NCBI GenBank assembly: GCA_037447605.1
Contig: CM074821.1
Location: forward strand, 1,116,001-1,180,000
Length of the DNA: 64,000 bases
Direction: 5' to 3'
Origin: Zygnema circumcarinatum SAG 698-1b
Taxonomy: Eukaryota; Plantae; Zygnematophyceae
Position numbers and translations under genes: made by a program
Notes under the pieces: model-generated
What the model was told of the DNA's origin: nothing
Databases searched by the model: none
Seen by the model: the letters and a program-made list of their open reading frames with translations, nothing else
In this document: positions 63,294-64,000 of the stretch, one piece after another
Numbering within the stretch: the stretch's first letter is position 1
Layout: each line of letters starts with the position of its first letter

Positions 63294-64000
63294 GTGAGAT
63301 ATAAGCAGAGATCTAGGTATCTTTTCAAACTCTAAAAGCCATGGTTAGGTTGTTGGAAAGCACTTTTTAAAAGACAGTGAACAAGGAAACAAATCGTGAA
63401 CACTTCAGTAGTATTTTGCGTCTTAATGAAGGAGAGAGAAACGAGGGCGGTCGTGACCTGAAAGCCGTAAGATCTTATCTTTAGGAGCTTCAATGCATTG
63501 ACAGATGAAGAGGAGAGAAATTCATACATTTGTTTGAAGGCAGTTTGGATGGGAGGGTGCTTCATGCAGAGACTTCGTGGAGATTTTGACCTCTCAAATC
63601 TCACATATGGTAAGCCCATATAGCCACACATGCATGTACAACTCTACATTTCTGTTTCTATTTCTTGAGACGCGCGTGTCCTTGAGGCAGGCAAAGGCCC
63701 TTACTTGCCTAATGGAACTGCAAGTGGTGGAGTTCAGCATCCTTTTCTGATATTCCGGACCCCCCCCCTGTGGATTCTGCTCAAATCGCTGAGTGGCTTA
63801 AGGTCCGAGGAATGAAGTGAGTAAAACTTTCCTTCCGTTATAAGACTTCCCTTCATTCAATAAGGATTTCAGGGCAGATGCCACAGCATACGAACTAGCA
63901 GGACGATAAAAGGTTGAGGCATAACACTAATAGGTAGTACCTAAACGTGGAAACTACAAAGCAATAAAGGTGCATCATTCGTGCTTTGTTTATCTGCATA

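Overview
Eukaryotic, intron-rich nuclear DNA from a draft assembly with seven 10-N gaps. Gene content and intron positions point to a streptophyte; a charophyte-type alga is an inference only. Hand-spliced models give: a 43-exon NUA/TPR nuclear-basket gene (-), a small orphan gene candidate (+), alternative oxidase (+), two paralogous EamA/DMT transporters (- and +), a GT4 glycosyltransferase (-), mitochondrial-type uL13 (-) head-to-head with eIF6 (+), and the 5' part of a bestrophin-family gene (+). The 43.9-54.2 kb interval is a nested mobile-DNA cluster. It contains palindromic minisatellite arrays carrying captured gene fragments and Helitron-like ends, followed by a pogo/Tc1-mariner-type non-autonomous element (25-bp TIRs, TA TSD). 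A Ty3/gypsy LTR retrotransposon (4-bp TSD) has inserted into that element. The retrotransposon has three odd features: its LTRs are near-identical over one half and divergent over the other, the PBS-side LTR lacks the terminal TGTGCTACA, and a 9-nt copy of that terminus sits where the polypurine tract should be. This is the best novelty candidate, but it could be a chimeric assembly. Other points of interest are the CysI-to-Ser AOX, a GC splice donor, a coding-derived ~90-bp minisatellite and an ~850-bp (GA)n tract. All alignments and gene models were done by eye, with no database searches.
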